Source: Planctomycetota bacterium (lineage in GTDB: Bacteria > Planctomycetota > B15-G4 > SIAN01). From it: a stretch of 64,000 nucleotides of DNA. The notes beneath the pieces are model-generated. The model was not told where the DNA came from and made no database searches. It saw nothing but the letters and a program-made list of their open reading frames with translations. The translations under genes were made by a program, and so were the position numbers. This document shows, piece after piece, positions 20,101 through 28,100 of the stretch. The DNA lies in the NCBI GenBank assembly GCA_031409275.1, contig JANNXA010000030.1:11507-75506 (forward strand), given 5' to 3'. Each line of letters starts with the position of its first letter. Positions within the stretch are counted from its first letter, which is position 1.

Positions 20101-20310
20101 GAGTGGGTGGCGGGCCAACCCGCCGTGAGCACGCTGTTCACCACGGCAGCGCCGACGATCGCCGGCGTCACGACGGCGAGCTACACCTCGCTGAACCTGC
20201 ACGGCTCCGGCGCCTTCGTCGAGGTGGTGGTCGACGCCATCACGACCGCAGCCGGCGAGATGCACTTCCACCCGCATGAAGTGACCTTCGCCGATCGCGT
20301 GCAGTTGTGA
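17101..20310 (+). CDS. Secreted YVTN/YncE-type beta-propeller plus diheme cytochrome c protein with C-terminal Ig/FN3-like domains
   Basis: Signal peptide MNRRLVAAGVALATVARIASA; propeller repeats (LWVAN, PVGLGPV, VIDLATNTVIA, GPRGLAV); CNTCH and CSECH; TQSLRGI...PYHWRGDR peroxidase-like segment; DxDxD acidic repeats. Confidence 0.8.
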   Translation: MNRRLVAAGVALATVARIASAQTAGTQNRDGTYVNFEEAPIHPVELVEKHAELWVANVAAGTVSIFQVPGLVLQDELPVGLGPVTIRQRPGTDEMWVACASSGALFIVDRATRQVIDSFMPGAPVQGLEIPAEPADLVFSSDGNHAYCSLSMVNQLVEIDTASRKVARRFEFGTPFPQPTAPLVHAEEPRALLLDGQTLYALAFESGNGTTAQANLLGSTMVDMWDLHLNQGLPPPPDRDLLQFDLSSGAPVGATTLWRMGTLDFDVVRLADGDFVVSNLDANNLLHGEFNFPISGIARHRVSRAAPAVLGAPLPQPTVHIDLNDPAMRDPLLPTAVRFAIPNELESLGRSGLLLVCCYDTANSAVIDLATNTVIAALDASGFGPRGLAVDANGEHAWVFNRADATLDEFDLTALVNGAVLAPTASAPVGFDPTPAAVRNGRLVHIDATNSSNGVQSCNTCHVDGHTDRIAWLLGDFTGSLPDNPVARDDKQVKTTQSLRGIEEIAPYHWRGDRADLDAFQPAFEGLLGGAKPSGTAFRNFQSYVFSLTMPANPRQLPTRSLSNSVTGLGAQRGKQAFEQLPILRVAHDTIAPHSDRRLTCSECHSLEGFAGTLNQIVNDVTFPIFADHPAHLTGLFDKTSDNVDYGAAFPVNLNQLNRLPATGFGLANNGFADALENFVPELFNGPPTAEAGITQFLIEFDSGTAIAAMWSFTLTTAKAGAPATSPIAQYLMPQATTGNCDLAVKATVPGGGANRVGFLFDPASQRFLADRIGVAPQTLAQLDQLAQAGGVLTFLGVPVGSGRRIGIDRDSDDLPDGDELTTSTVDADSDDDSFRDGYEVLHGSNPADPLSLPSNPVAPVITQATLAFESSVVVKFRWETSGEASSRITLRDPTTNVAIATFIDRRPDRRHVMVVRALEPGRSYLAEIDGADANGNFSAITTIAFTATGHFFESVHNDDVVLASTGTTGGNQELLQATFTVKGENGVATDGATVSGRFIEWVAGQPAVSTLFTTAAPTIAGVTTASYTSLNLHGSGAFVEVVVDAITTAAGEMHFHPHEVTFADRVQL

Positions 20311-20328
20311 CCGTCGCCTGAGCGTCTG

Positions 20329-20368
20329 GCCGCCGCGAAGCGCCACCCCCCGGGCGCTTCGCGGCGGC
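20329..20368 (+). terminator. 16-bp perfect GC-rich hairpin after the propeller-cytochrome gene (terminator or mRNA stabiliser)
   Basis: GCCGCCGCGAAGCGCC / 8-nt loop / GGCGCTTCGCGGCGGC; no U-tract. Confidence 0.5.
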
Positions 20369-20423
20369 GGCGCCGTTCACGGGCGGGCTAAGCTCGCGCG
20401 CCTCATTCGAAGAGGCGACCACG

Positions 20424-21629
20424 ATGATCCGCGAGACCCTGACGATCGAAGGCGCGCTGCTGAACGGCGAGCGCCTCGCGCAACTGCTCGGCACGGTGGC
20501 CAACGCCGGCGCGCAGGGCACCGTCGAGGAGCTGCGCGGCGACGCGACGACCGCGCGCGCGCGTCTGGCCATCGAAGCCAGCGAACCGACGCTGGTTGAT
20601 GCGGCGATGCTCGCGTTGCAGCGACTCGGCGTGGCGCTCCCACGCAGCGCGCTCACCGATGCACGCACCGCCCCCGCGGAGCGCGACGGCATCCTGCCCG
20701 ATGAGTTCTACGCCACGTCGAACTTCGACACCTTCGTGCGGCTGGCCGGCCGCTGGCACGCCGCGCGCGCCCAGAAGATGGACTGCGCGCTGGTGGTGCG
20801 CGATGGCGTCCCGACCTGCGTCAAGCAGCGGCTGGTGAAACGGGGCGAAGCCGTGGTGCTGCTCGGCGCCGGCATCCGCGTCAGCGCTCCTGACTTGAAG
20901 GCGGCCGCGACGGCGTTCGGCTTCATGAGCAACGACGTCTCCTCCGAGGTGAACAAGGCGGCGATCGTGGCGCGGGTCGCCGCGCAGATGCGCGAGGCGC
21001 GGTCCGCCGGCGAGAAGATCGTCGTCGTCGCCGGACCGGCGATCGTCCACTCGGGCGGCGATCTCGCATTCGCGCGCCTGGTTCGCGCGGGCTGGATCGA
21101 CGTGCTGCTGGCCGGCAACGCCTTCGCTGCCCACGATCTCGAAAAGGCGCTGTTGGGCACGAGCCTCGGCATCTGCGCGATGAGCGGCAAGGCGCGCGAC
21201 GGCGGCAGCCGCCACCACCTGTGGGCGATCAACGCGGTGAACCGCGCCGGCGGCATCACGCCGGCCGTCACGTCAGGACTCGTGAAGTCTGGCGTGATGG
21301 CGGAGTGCGTGAAGAAGGGGACGCGCTTCGTGCTGGCCGGCTCGATCCGCGATGACGGGCCGTTGCAGGACGTGATCCCCGACATCCGCGACGCGCAGGT
21401 CGCCTACCTCGATGCGCTGCAGGGCTGCGGCATGTGCCTCATGCTGGCCACCGGGCTCCACTCGATCGCGGTTGGCAACCTGCTTCCCGCGCGGGTTCGC
21501 ACCGTCTGCGTCGACATGACCGAAGCGCTGCCCACCAAGCTCAGCAACCGCGGCACGCTGCAGGCGATCGGCGTCGTCACCGACGTCGGCTACTTCCTCG
21601 AGCGGCTCGCGAGCGAACTCGGCGCCTGA
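20424..21629 (+). CDS. TIGR00300-family protein (LOR/SDH domain; similar to the ArgZ/AgrE ornithine cyclodeaminase region)
   Basis: DGILPDEFYATSN, FGFMSNDVSSE, GNAFAAHDLE, LAGSIRDDGPL and HSIAVGNLLP motifs. Confidence 0.85.
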   Translation: MIRETLTIEGALLNGERLAQLLGTVANAGAQGTVEELRGDATTARARLAIEASEPTLVDAAMLALQRLGVALPRSALTDARTAPAERDGILPDEFYATSNFDTFVRLAGRWHAARAQKMDCALVVRDGVPTCVKQRLVKRGEAVVLLGAGIRVSAPDLKAAATAFGFMSNDVSSEVNKAAIVARVAAQMREARSAGEKIVVVAGPAIVHSGGDLAFARLVRAGWIDVLLAGNAFAAHDLEKALLGTSLGICAMSGKARDGGSRHHLWAINAVNRAGGITPAVTSGLVKSGVMAECVKKGTRFVLAGSIRDDGPLQDVIPDIRDAQVAYLDALQGCGMCLMLATGLHSIAVGNLLPARVRTVCVDMTEALPTKLSNRGTLQAIGVVTDVGYFLERLASELGA

Positions 21630-21639
21630 TCGCCGCCGC

Positions 21640-24600
21640 CTATTGCCCGTCGTCGACTTCCGGCGCGCCGCCGTCGCTCTTGGGTCGCTCGACCGGCGGC
21701 AGTTCGCGCGGCGGGCGGCCATGGTCGCGAAACACCGTGACCCAGCGCTTGAAGTTCTCGTCGCCGAGGACGAAGAGGCCGCTCGGCATCTCCGACTGCG
21801 CGCGCACGATGCCCGCGGAATCGATGAAGAAGAGCCAGCGCCGGCTGTTGGGAGCCTCGTCGCGACCGGGCTGGAACGGCTGCTCATGGAAGCGCAGTTC
21901 GACGCGATCGCCGAGGAGGCGCGTGATGAACTCGGCCAGGAACTTGCGCCCGCCGGCGTCGACCGCCGACGGCAATGCCACCACCAGATGCTGCGTCGGC
22001 TCGAGCCGTTCGACCAACGTGGCGAGTTCACGCAGATCCCACTGCAGCATCTGCGTGAAACCGGCGCGCGCCGCATCGTCGGCCAGCGGTTCGGCGGGCG
22101 GCGCCAACCACATCAACAGCGTCCCTTGGCTGCGCTTCTCGAGGCCGGCGCAGGTGCGGTTCAGCGTGCCCCACGGCGGCAGCGAGCGCGCGGTCGCCAG
22201 GTCGAACAGCATCGGCTCGAAGCTCGCGGCAGGCGCCAGTCGGCTGCGTTCGAGCCGCGTCACGCGCGCGTCTTCGACCTCGACCGCCCCCATGCTGGTC
22301 GCGAATCCGATCTGCCCTTCGATCGCGGCGCCGTCGACGGCGTGGTAGCGGCCGACGCGACGACCGTTGATCGAGACCTCGACCAGCGCGCCGTCGACCA
22401 GCAGCGTCAGCAGGAAACTCGACTGGCGCGATTCGAAGCCGAAGCCCCCTCCCGTCGTCGATCCCGGCAACCCGCCGTCGCGATCGCGCAACCCGGTGAT
22501 CGACCAGCCCATGTCGTTGAACTCGGGCTCCTTCTGGCTCCTGCCGATGGCGTACATGAAGTCGCCGGCGCTGAACGAGAAGCGCAGGTTCTCCTCGCGA
22601 TCGGCGTAGCCGAAGATGACCGCGCCATTCACGAACGAGGTGGTGAAGCGGATGCGCGCGTCGAGGCGCCACGTTCCCGGCAGCACCCATTCGGGCGCGA
22701 GCGCGAAGCAATGGAGCTGCGCGGCGCCGCGATCGACGGTGCCGGTGGCGTCGCGCGGCTTGTCGCGGCCGACGTGCAGGTCGCCATCTTCGTCGACGTA
22801 CCAGCGTCCCTTCGCGCGGCGCTCCTCGTAGTCGGTGAGGCCGAGTTCGATGAAACCGGCTGCGCCGAGCGGCCGCGCCGGCGGATCGAAGCCGGCGAGC
22901 GCCTTGCTGGTGTCGACCGGCGCGATCGTCTCCGCCGCCGCGAGGCCGAACCAGCTGCCGACGCGATCACGATCGGCCCGAAACGCCGCCGACGTGAGCG
23001 GTCGGCTGGCGGCCAGCGCGGTGATCGCGGCGGACTGCAGCGCGTCGGCGAGGGCGCGCACTTTGCCGAGCGAGCTCGCGAATGGCGGTGCGCCGACGCG
23101 CGCACCGGCCGGGAACTCGAGCGTCTGCTTCAGCACCCACGCGGCGTCGCGGCGCGACTCGCTCTCCAGCGCGCCGGCCAGCAGCGCCTCGTCAGTCGGC
23201 CGTCGTCCATCGACCGCCAGCGCGAAGAGGAACGCGGCGATCGCATCCTGCTTCTTGCCTGCGGCTAGCAACAGCCGACCCGCCAGCGCCGCCTGCTCCT
23301 GCCCGAAACGCGGCTCGGCGCGGTGGCGCGACCAGACCCACGTCGGCTCGTCCATGATCGGCAACGAGGCGATGCCGCCGACCTCCTCGGTGTACTCACC
23401 GACCCATGGCTTGCGATCCTGCCAGTAGAAACCGGCGAGCCACGGCGCCCACGCCGCCACGAACTCGGCGAAATCCTTGGGCCGCCCTTCGCGACCATCG
23501 CAGAAGCACTGGGCGAAGTGCTCCTTCCACTTCTTCACGGTGCGCGCTTCCTTCATGAACTTCTCGAGGCGCGCCTTGAAGAGCGGTTGGCCGTCGGCGC
23601 CCTTGCGCGTGTTCAGGTAGACGTAGAGCGCGAAGCCGGCGACGTAGTTGTCGCGATAGTCGTCGATCGTCCCTTCGATCAGCTTGGTCAGGCTGTTGCC
23701 ATCGCCGTAGCCCTTGATGAAGGCGGCTTCGATGGTGCCGATCGACGCGTAGTTGGCGACGAAGCGCTCCGACGCCGAGCTGCCGAATGCACCTCCCGTC
23801 CACACCGCGCGCCCTTCCAGCAGCCAGGCCGGCATGCCGGGGTAGATCGCGCCATCGAAGCGATGGGTGAGTTCGTGCGTGAGGCCGTGGCCGAACGACT
23901 CGATGTCGCTGCAGCTGAAGCGCAGCGTCGTGACGTCCCCGCTCTGGAAACCGCCGGCCCACCAGAACGGCGCGTTCTCCGACTCGAGCCCCGCCGCTTC
24001 CGGCACGACGCGACACAGGCCGGGCCGACCGATGAACGGGTCCTGTCCGTACCACCCGACCAATCGCTGATGGTGCAGCTCGATCGTCTCCGCGACGCCG
24101 AGCAGCGTGTTGAAGCCGCAGTCCGTCTCGATGCGGTACCACCCTTGCGGACTGACCGCGACGCCGGGATTGGCGAAGCTGTCGTGCGCGCGCGTGAACG
24201 CCTCGGCCTGATCACCATCGAGCTGCAGCAGCTCGTCGATCGTCCACGGCTTGTCGCTCTTGCCGGTGAGTTGCGTGCGCGCCTTGGCGAGGATCGCGTT
24301 CGCGCGTTCGCGCAGGTCGCCGATGCCGGACGGCCGCTCGCCCTGCAGGTCCTTGCCGAACGCGAGCTGCGTCCCGAGCCCGGCCAGGATGCGTCCCGCC
24401 TTGATCGCGTCGGCCGTGCGGCCGTTGCCGAGCGCGCTGGCCGCGAAGGCGTCGAGCGACTTCACGACCTTCGCCGGAAGCGCTCCTGGCAGCGGCAGCC
24501 GCGCGCTGAACTCGCCGGCGCGGCCCGCTCGCAGCTCTGGCGACTCGCGCACGAGGTCGAGCGCGAAGCGGCGCGCCCACCACGCCACCAGCAGCGAGTC

Positions 24601-25044
24601 GACCTTGCTCGCCGCCTCACGCTCCTTCGCGCTGGCGAGCTTGAGCAGCTCGTCGACTGCTGCCGCGCGCGCCGTCGCCAGCGCCAACGGCCGCGCCTCG
24701 TCCGCCGGCACCCGCTTGCGCGCGTCGCCATCGAGCGCGAGACGGCCATCGGGCGCCACCGCGGCGGTGGCGAGTCCATGCAGCGCGAGCTCGCGCGCAT
24801 CGAGATCCTCCGCGCACGCCTCGACCAACAGCGACCAGAGCTCCGGCGAATCGGGCGCGAAATCGAGCGCCCGATGGAAGTGGCCGGCCGCTTCGACGCG
24901 CTGCCCCGCCGCCAACGCCTTCTTGCCTGCCGCGAGGGGCGCGGCGACGTCGTCATGGCGAGTCGGAGCGGGTGGCGCCGGCGGCGGCGGCAGCTGCCGC
25001 GCGAAACCGGTCGCGGCCGCAAGGAACAAGAGTGCTGCGATCAC
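21640..25044 (-). CDS. Large secreted protein with gluzincin (peptidase MA-like) domain
   Basis: Signal-like VIAALLFLAAATGFA; HELTH followed by PAWLLEGRA; TPR-like N-terminus. Start uncertain. Confidence 0.65.
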   Translation of the reverse strand: MIAALLFLAAATGFARQLPPPPAPPAPTRHDDVAAPLAAGKKALAAGQRVEAAGHFHRALDFAPDSPELWSLLVEACAEDLDARELALHGLATAAVAPDGRLALDGDARKRVPADEARPLALATARAAAVDELLKLASAKEREAASKVDSLLVAWWARRFALDLVRESPELRAGRAGEFSARLPLPGALPAKVVKSLDAFAASALGNGRTADAIKAGRILAGLGTQLAFGKDLQGERPSGIGDLRERANAILAKARTQLTGKSDKPWTIDELLQLDGDQAEAFTRAHDSFANPGVAVSPQGWYRIETDCGFNTLLGVAETIELHHQRLVGWYGQDPFIGRPGLCRVVPEAAGLESENAPFWWAGGFQSGDVTTLRFSCSDIESFGHGLTHELTHRFDGAIYPGMPAWLLEGRAVWTGGAFGSSASERFVANYASIGTIEAAFIKGYGDGNSLTKLIEGTIDDYRDNYVAGFALYVYLNTRKGADGQPLFKARLEKFMKEARTVKKWKEHFAQCFCDGREGRPKDFAEFVAAWAPWLAGFYWQDRKPWVGEYTEEVGGIASLPIMDEPTWVWSRHRAEPRFGQEQAALAGRLLLAAGKKQDAIAAFLFALAVDGRRPTDEALLAGALESESRRDAAWVLKQTLEFPAGARVGAPPFASSLGKVRALADALQSAAITALAASRPLTSAAFRADRDRVGSWFGLAAAETIAPVDTSKALAGFDPPARPLGAAGFIELGLTDYEERRAKGRWYVDEDGDLHVGRDKPRDATGTVDRGAAQLHCFALAPEWVLPGTWRLDARIRFTTSFVNGAVIFGYADREENLRFSFSAGDFMYAIGRSQKEPEFNDMGWSITGLRDRDGGLPGSTTGGGFGFESRQSSFLLTLLVDGALVEVSINGRRVGRYHAVDGAAIEGQIGFATSMGAVEVEDARVTRLERSRLAPAASFEPMLFDLATARSLPPWGTLNRTCAGLEKRSQGTLLMWLAPPAEPLADDAARAGFTQMLQWDLRELATLVERLEPTQHLVVALPSAVDAGGRKFLAEFITRLLGDRVELRFHEQPFQPGRDEAPNSRRWLFFIDSAGIVRAQSEMPSGLFVLGDENFKRWVTVFRDHGRPPRELPPVERPKSDGGAPEVDDGQ

Positions 25045-25144
25045 CGATCCAACCTCGCTGATGGAGAAGTGGCGGGCGGGCGGCACGATCATGCCGAGCG
25101 CGCCCCATCCCGGGGTCGCGGGAGTCGCGCGTCGAGGAGTGAGG

Positions 25145-28100
25145 ATGGTCGTGCAAGGCGGACGCGACGTCGTGGCGAGGTTGCTGCTGACACTCCTCGC
25201 GACGGCATCGATCAGGTTTCCCGAAGAGAGCGACCAAGCGGGCGCGCTCCGGCTCGCGCCACCCCTGCGCCGCGTCCTCTTCCTCGCCGGCGCCGACGAC
25301 TCCCATCCGCCTGGCACGCACGAGTACGCGGCGGCGGCGATCGTCCTGGCCGACGCGCTCGCGCGCAGCGACGTCGGATCGCAGGTCGAGTGCGAGGTGC
25401 ACCACGGTGGTTGGCCGGCCGACGAGGCGGCGATCGCGCGCGCCGACGCGATCGTGCTGATTGCGGCGGGCGCCGACCAGCGGCGCGAAGACCACCCGTT
25501 CCTGCTGGGCGAGCGGATGGCGGTGGTCGAGCGCGCGATGGCGCGCGGCTGCGGCCTCGTCGTGATCCACTGGGGGCTCTTCGTGCCGGGCGACGACCCG
25601 ACGCTCGAGCCGGAGATTCTCGACGCCTCGCCGGCCGGGCGCTTCCTCTCGTGGATCGGCGGCTTCTTCGATTACGAGCGCGGTCCTCCGCCCAACGGCT
25701 GGAAGTCGCGGATCGTCAACCGCAGCCATGCCGTCGTCGCGGTCGACGTCGACTTCCCCGAACCACGCCATCCAGTGCTGAACGGCTTCGACTACACCCT
25801 GCTGATCGACGACGAGTTCTACGACCACCTCTCGTTCCCGCTCCCCGAGCGGCGCAAGGCGCTGCACTTCACTCCGCTACTGGCGCGGCGCGATTCGACA
25901 GGTGGCAACGGCAGCGCCTACGATCCCAATCCTTCGACGCTCGGCGACTTGATCGCCTTCGCCGTCGAGCGCCCCGACGGCGGTCGCGGCGTCGGCTTCA
26001 GCGGCGGCCACTCGCTGGAGAACTACCAGCCCGGCCGCTTTCAGCCCTTCCTGCTCAACGCGATCGCGTGGACGGCGCGGCTCGTGATTCCACCGAAGGG
26101 GATCGCGCCGCCGCGCGACGTCCCGATCCGTGTGAAGATCCTCACCGGCCACGACCATCCCGCGCACGACTGGCGCGGCGTCGCCGCGACGATGCACGAG
26201 CTGCTGGAACGCGACCCGCGTTTCGAAGTGACCCTCGCGACGTCGATCGCCTCCTCGCAGATCCAGATTCGCAACGCGGACGACTCGCCCTACGTCGACG
26301 CCGTCGTGCTGGCCTGCAACCACTGGGATCAGCCGGCCGAGTCGATGGGCTTCACCCCGTTCTGGCAGCGGGCGCTGCTCGACTACGTGAGCGATGGCGG
26401 CGGCCTGGTGCTGCCGCACTTCGCCGGCAGCGCGTTCCAAGCGGCGCTGCCCGCCGGCCCCGCCTCCGATTGGCCCGCGTTCCGCGAACTCCTCTCCGCC
26501 CGCTGGTGGCGCTACGACGCGCCGGCGAGCGGCCATCCTGCAAGCGGCCACGACGACTTCGGACCGTTCCGCGTTGAGCTCACCGCCGAACGCCATCCGA
26601 TCACCGCCGGCGCGACCGCGTGGCTCGCGCAGGACGAGCTCTACCACTCGCAGGCGGGCACGCTGTCGATCGCTCCGCTGATCACCGCGAAGTCGAAGCA
26701 GAGCGGTCGCTACGAACCGCTCGCATGGGCGCGCGAAGTCGGGCGCGGCCGCGTCTTCCAATCACTGCTCGGCCACGCGCCCGAGTCGTACCGCTCGACC
26801 GGCTCGGCGCGCCTCTTCGTGCGCGGCGTCACGTGGGCGGCCGGCGTGCCGCTGCTCGAGCTACCGGGGCTCGAGATGCGCCGCGAAGCGGACGCGGGAG
26901 AGTCGAAGGTGCGCAGCGGCGCGGGGCGCGACGGCGCGGCGCTCGACGCCCGGCTCGGCCACGTCGAGACGTTGGGCTCCGACGAGTTCGCCGCGCGACC
27001 GGGCCGCTCATTCACGGTCGAGTGTGCCGCGCGCCTCTTCTCCACGACGAACTACAACGTGCTGGTGACCCATCAGCCGCACGCTTCGGCGGGCCACTTC
27101 GACCTCGACTCGCGCATCGGCGACGGCGTGTTCAAGGCCTACCTCCCCGGCTGGGAACCGAGCGAGCTCCCGTCGCCGCGCGCGATCGTCGACGGCGAGT
27201 GGCATCGCATCGCCATGCAGTTCGACGCGACGGCGAGCGGCCGCTTCGACTCGCCGCCGATCGCGACGGTCGTCCTCTTCGTCGACGGTGCCGAGGTGCT
27301 GCGCGCGACCACGCGCTGGCGCGGGCGGAGCGACTTCGTTGCCGGTCCGCTGGTGGTGGGCGCCTCGTACGAGGGAACGACGCCGCGCTGCGGCAGCGAT
27401 GCGCTGCTGGACGAGATCGCGGTGCGCCGCGGGCTCGTGGCGCCAACGCCACGTGAACAGGTGCCGACGCGCGACGCGGCCACGCTCCTCCTCGAGACGT
27501 TCGACGAGCCGGTGCCGGTCGCCAGCGCGTCCCCCGCCGTGAAGGCGGCCGACCTCCCTTGGACGCCGCCGCCGGCGAGCGGGCCCGACGCGCCACCGTG
27601 GGAGAAGGAGAGCGACGCCGATTGGCGCGACGACCGCTTCGCCGCAATGGAGTACGGCCGCTTCCTGGCATCGACCGTCCGCACGCCGCCGAGCACCGGG
27701 CGCGAGCGCGTGGCGAAGGGGCTCACCGTGAAGCTCGGCTCCGCCAACGAGGTGTCGTGGCTGTTCGACACGGAGCGTTGCGAGTTCGTCGCTGCGTGGG
27801 ACGGCGCACTCCAGTTCGAGCCCGCGCGCTTCGGCTTGCTGTCGGCGCCGACGATTCCGGTGGCGCCGCTGCTCTTCGCTGCTGCGGGCTACGACACGGC
27901 GCGCGCCGCGGCCGACCGTCCCGTCGCCGCGCCGCGCTACCGCGGCCGCCATCGCCACGGCGAGCGAGTCGTCTTGGAGTACGAGCTCGCCGGCGCGCAG
28001 CTCCTCGAATCACCAAGCGTCGTGCTGCCGAGCGAGAGCGGCCTTGCGCGTCCGTTGCTGGTGCGCGAGCTCGAAGTGGGGCCGAACGCCGAGCCGGTGG

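Noticed and set aside
24251..25144. Long N-terminal extensions in the ORF track (also 11500-12426, 16867-17100, 34863-35336, 60806-61546)
   Set aside because: They overlap neighbouring genes or the inverted repeat; downstream starts with RBS, stop-start overlap or signal peptides fit better.
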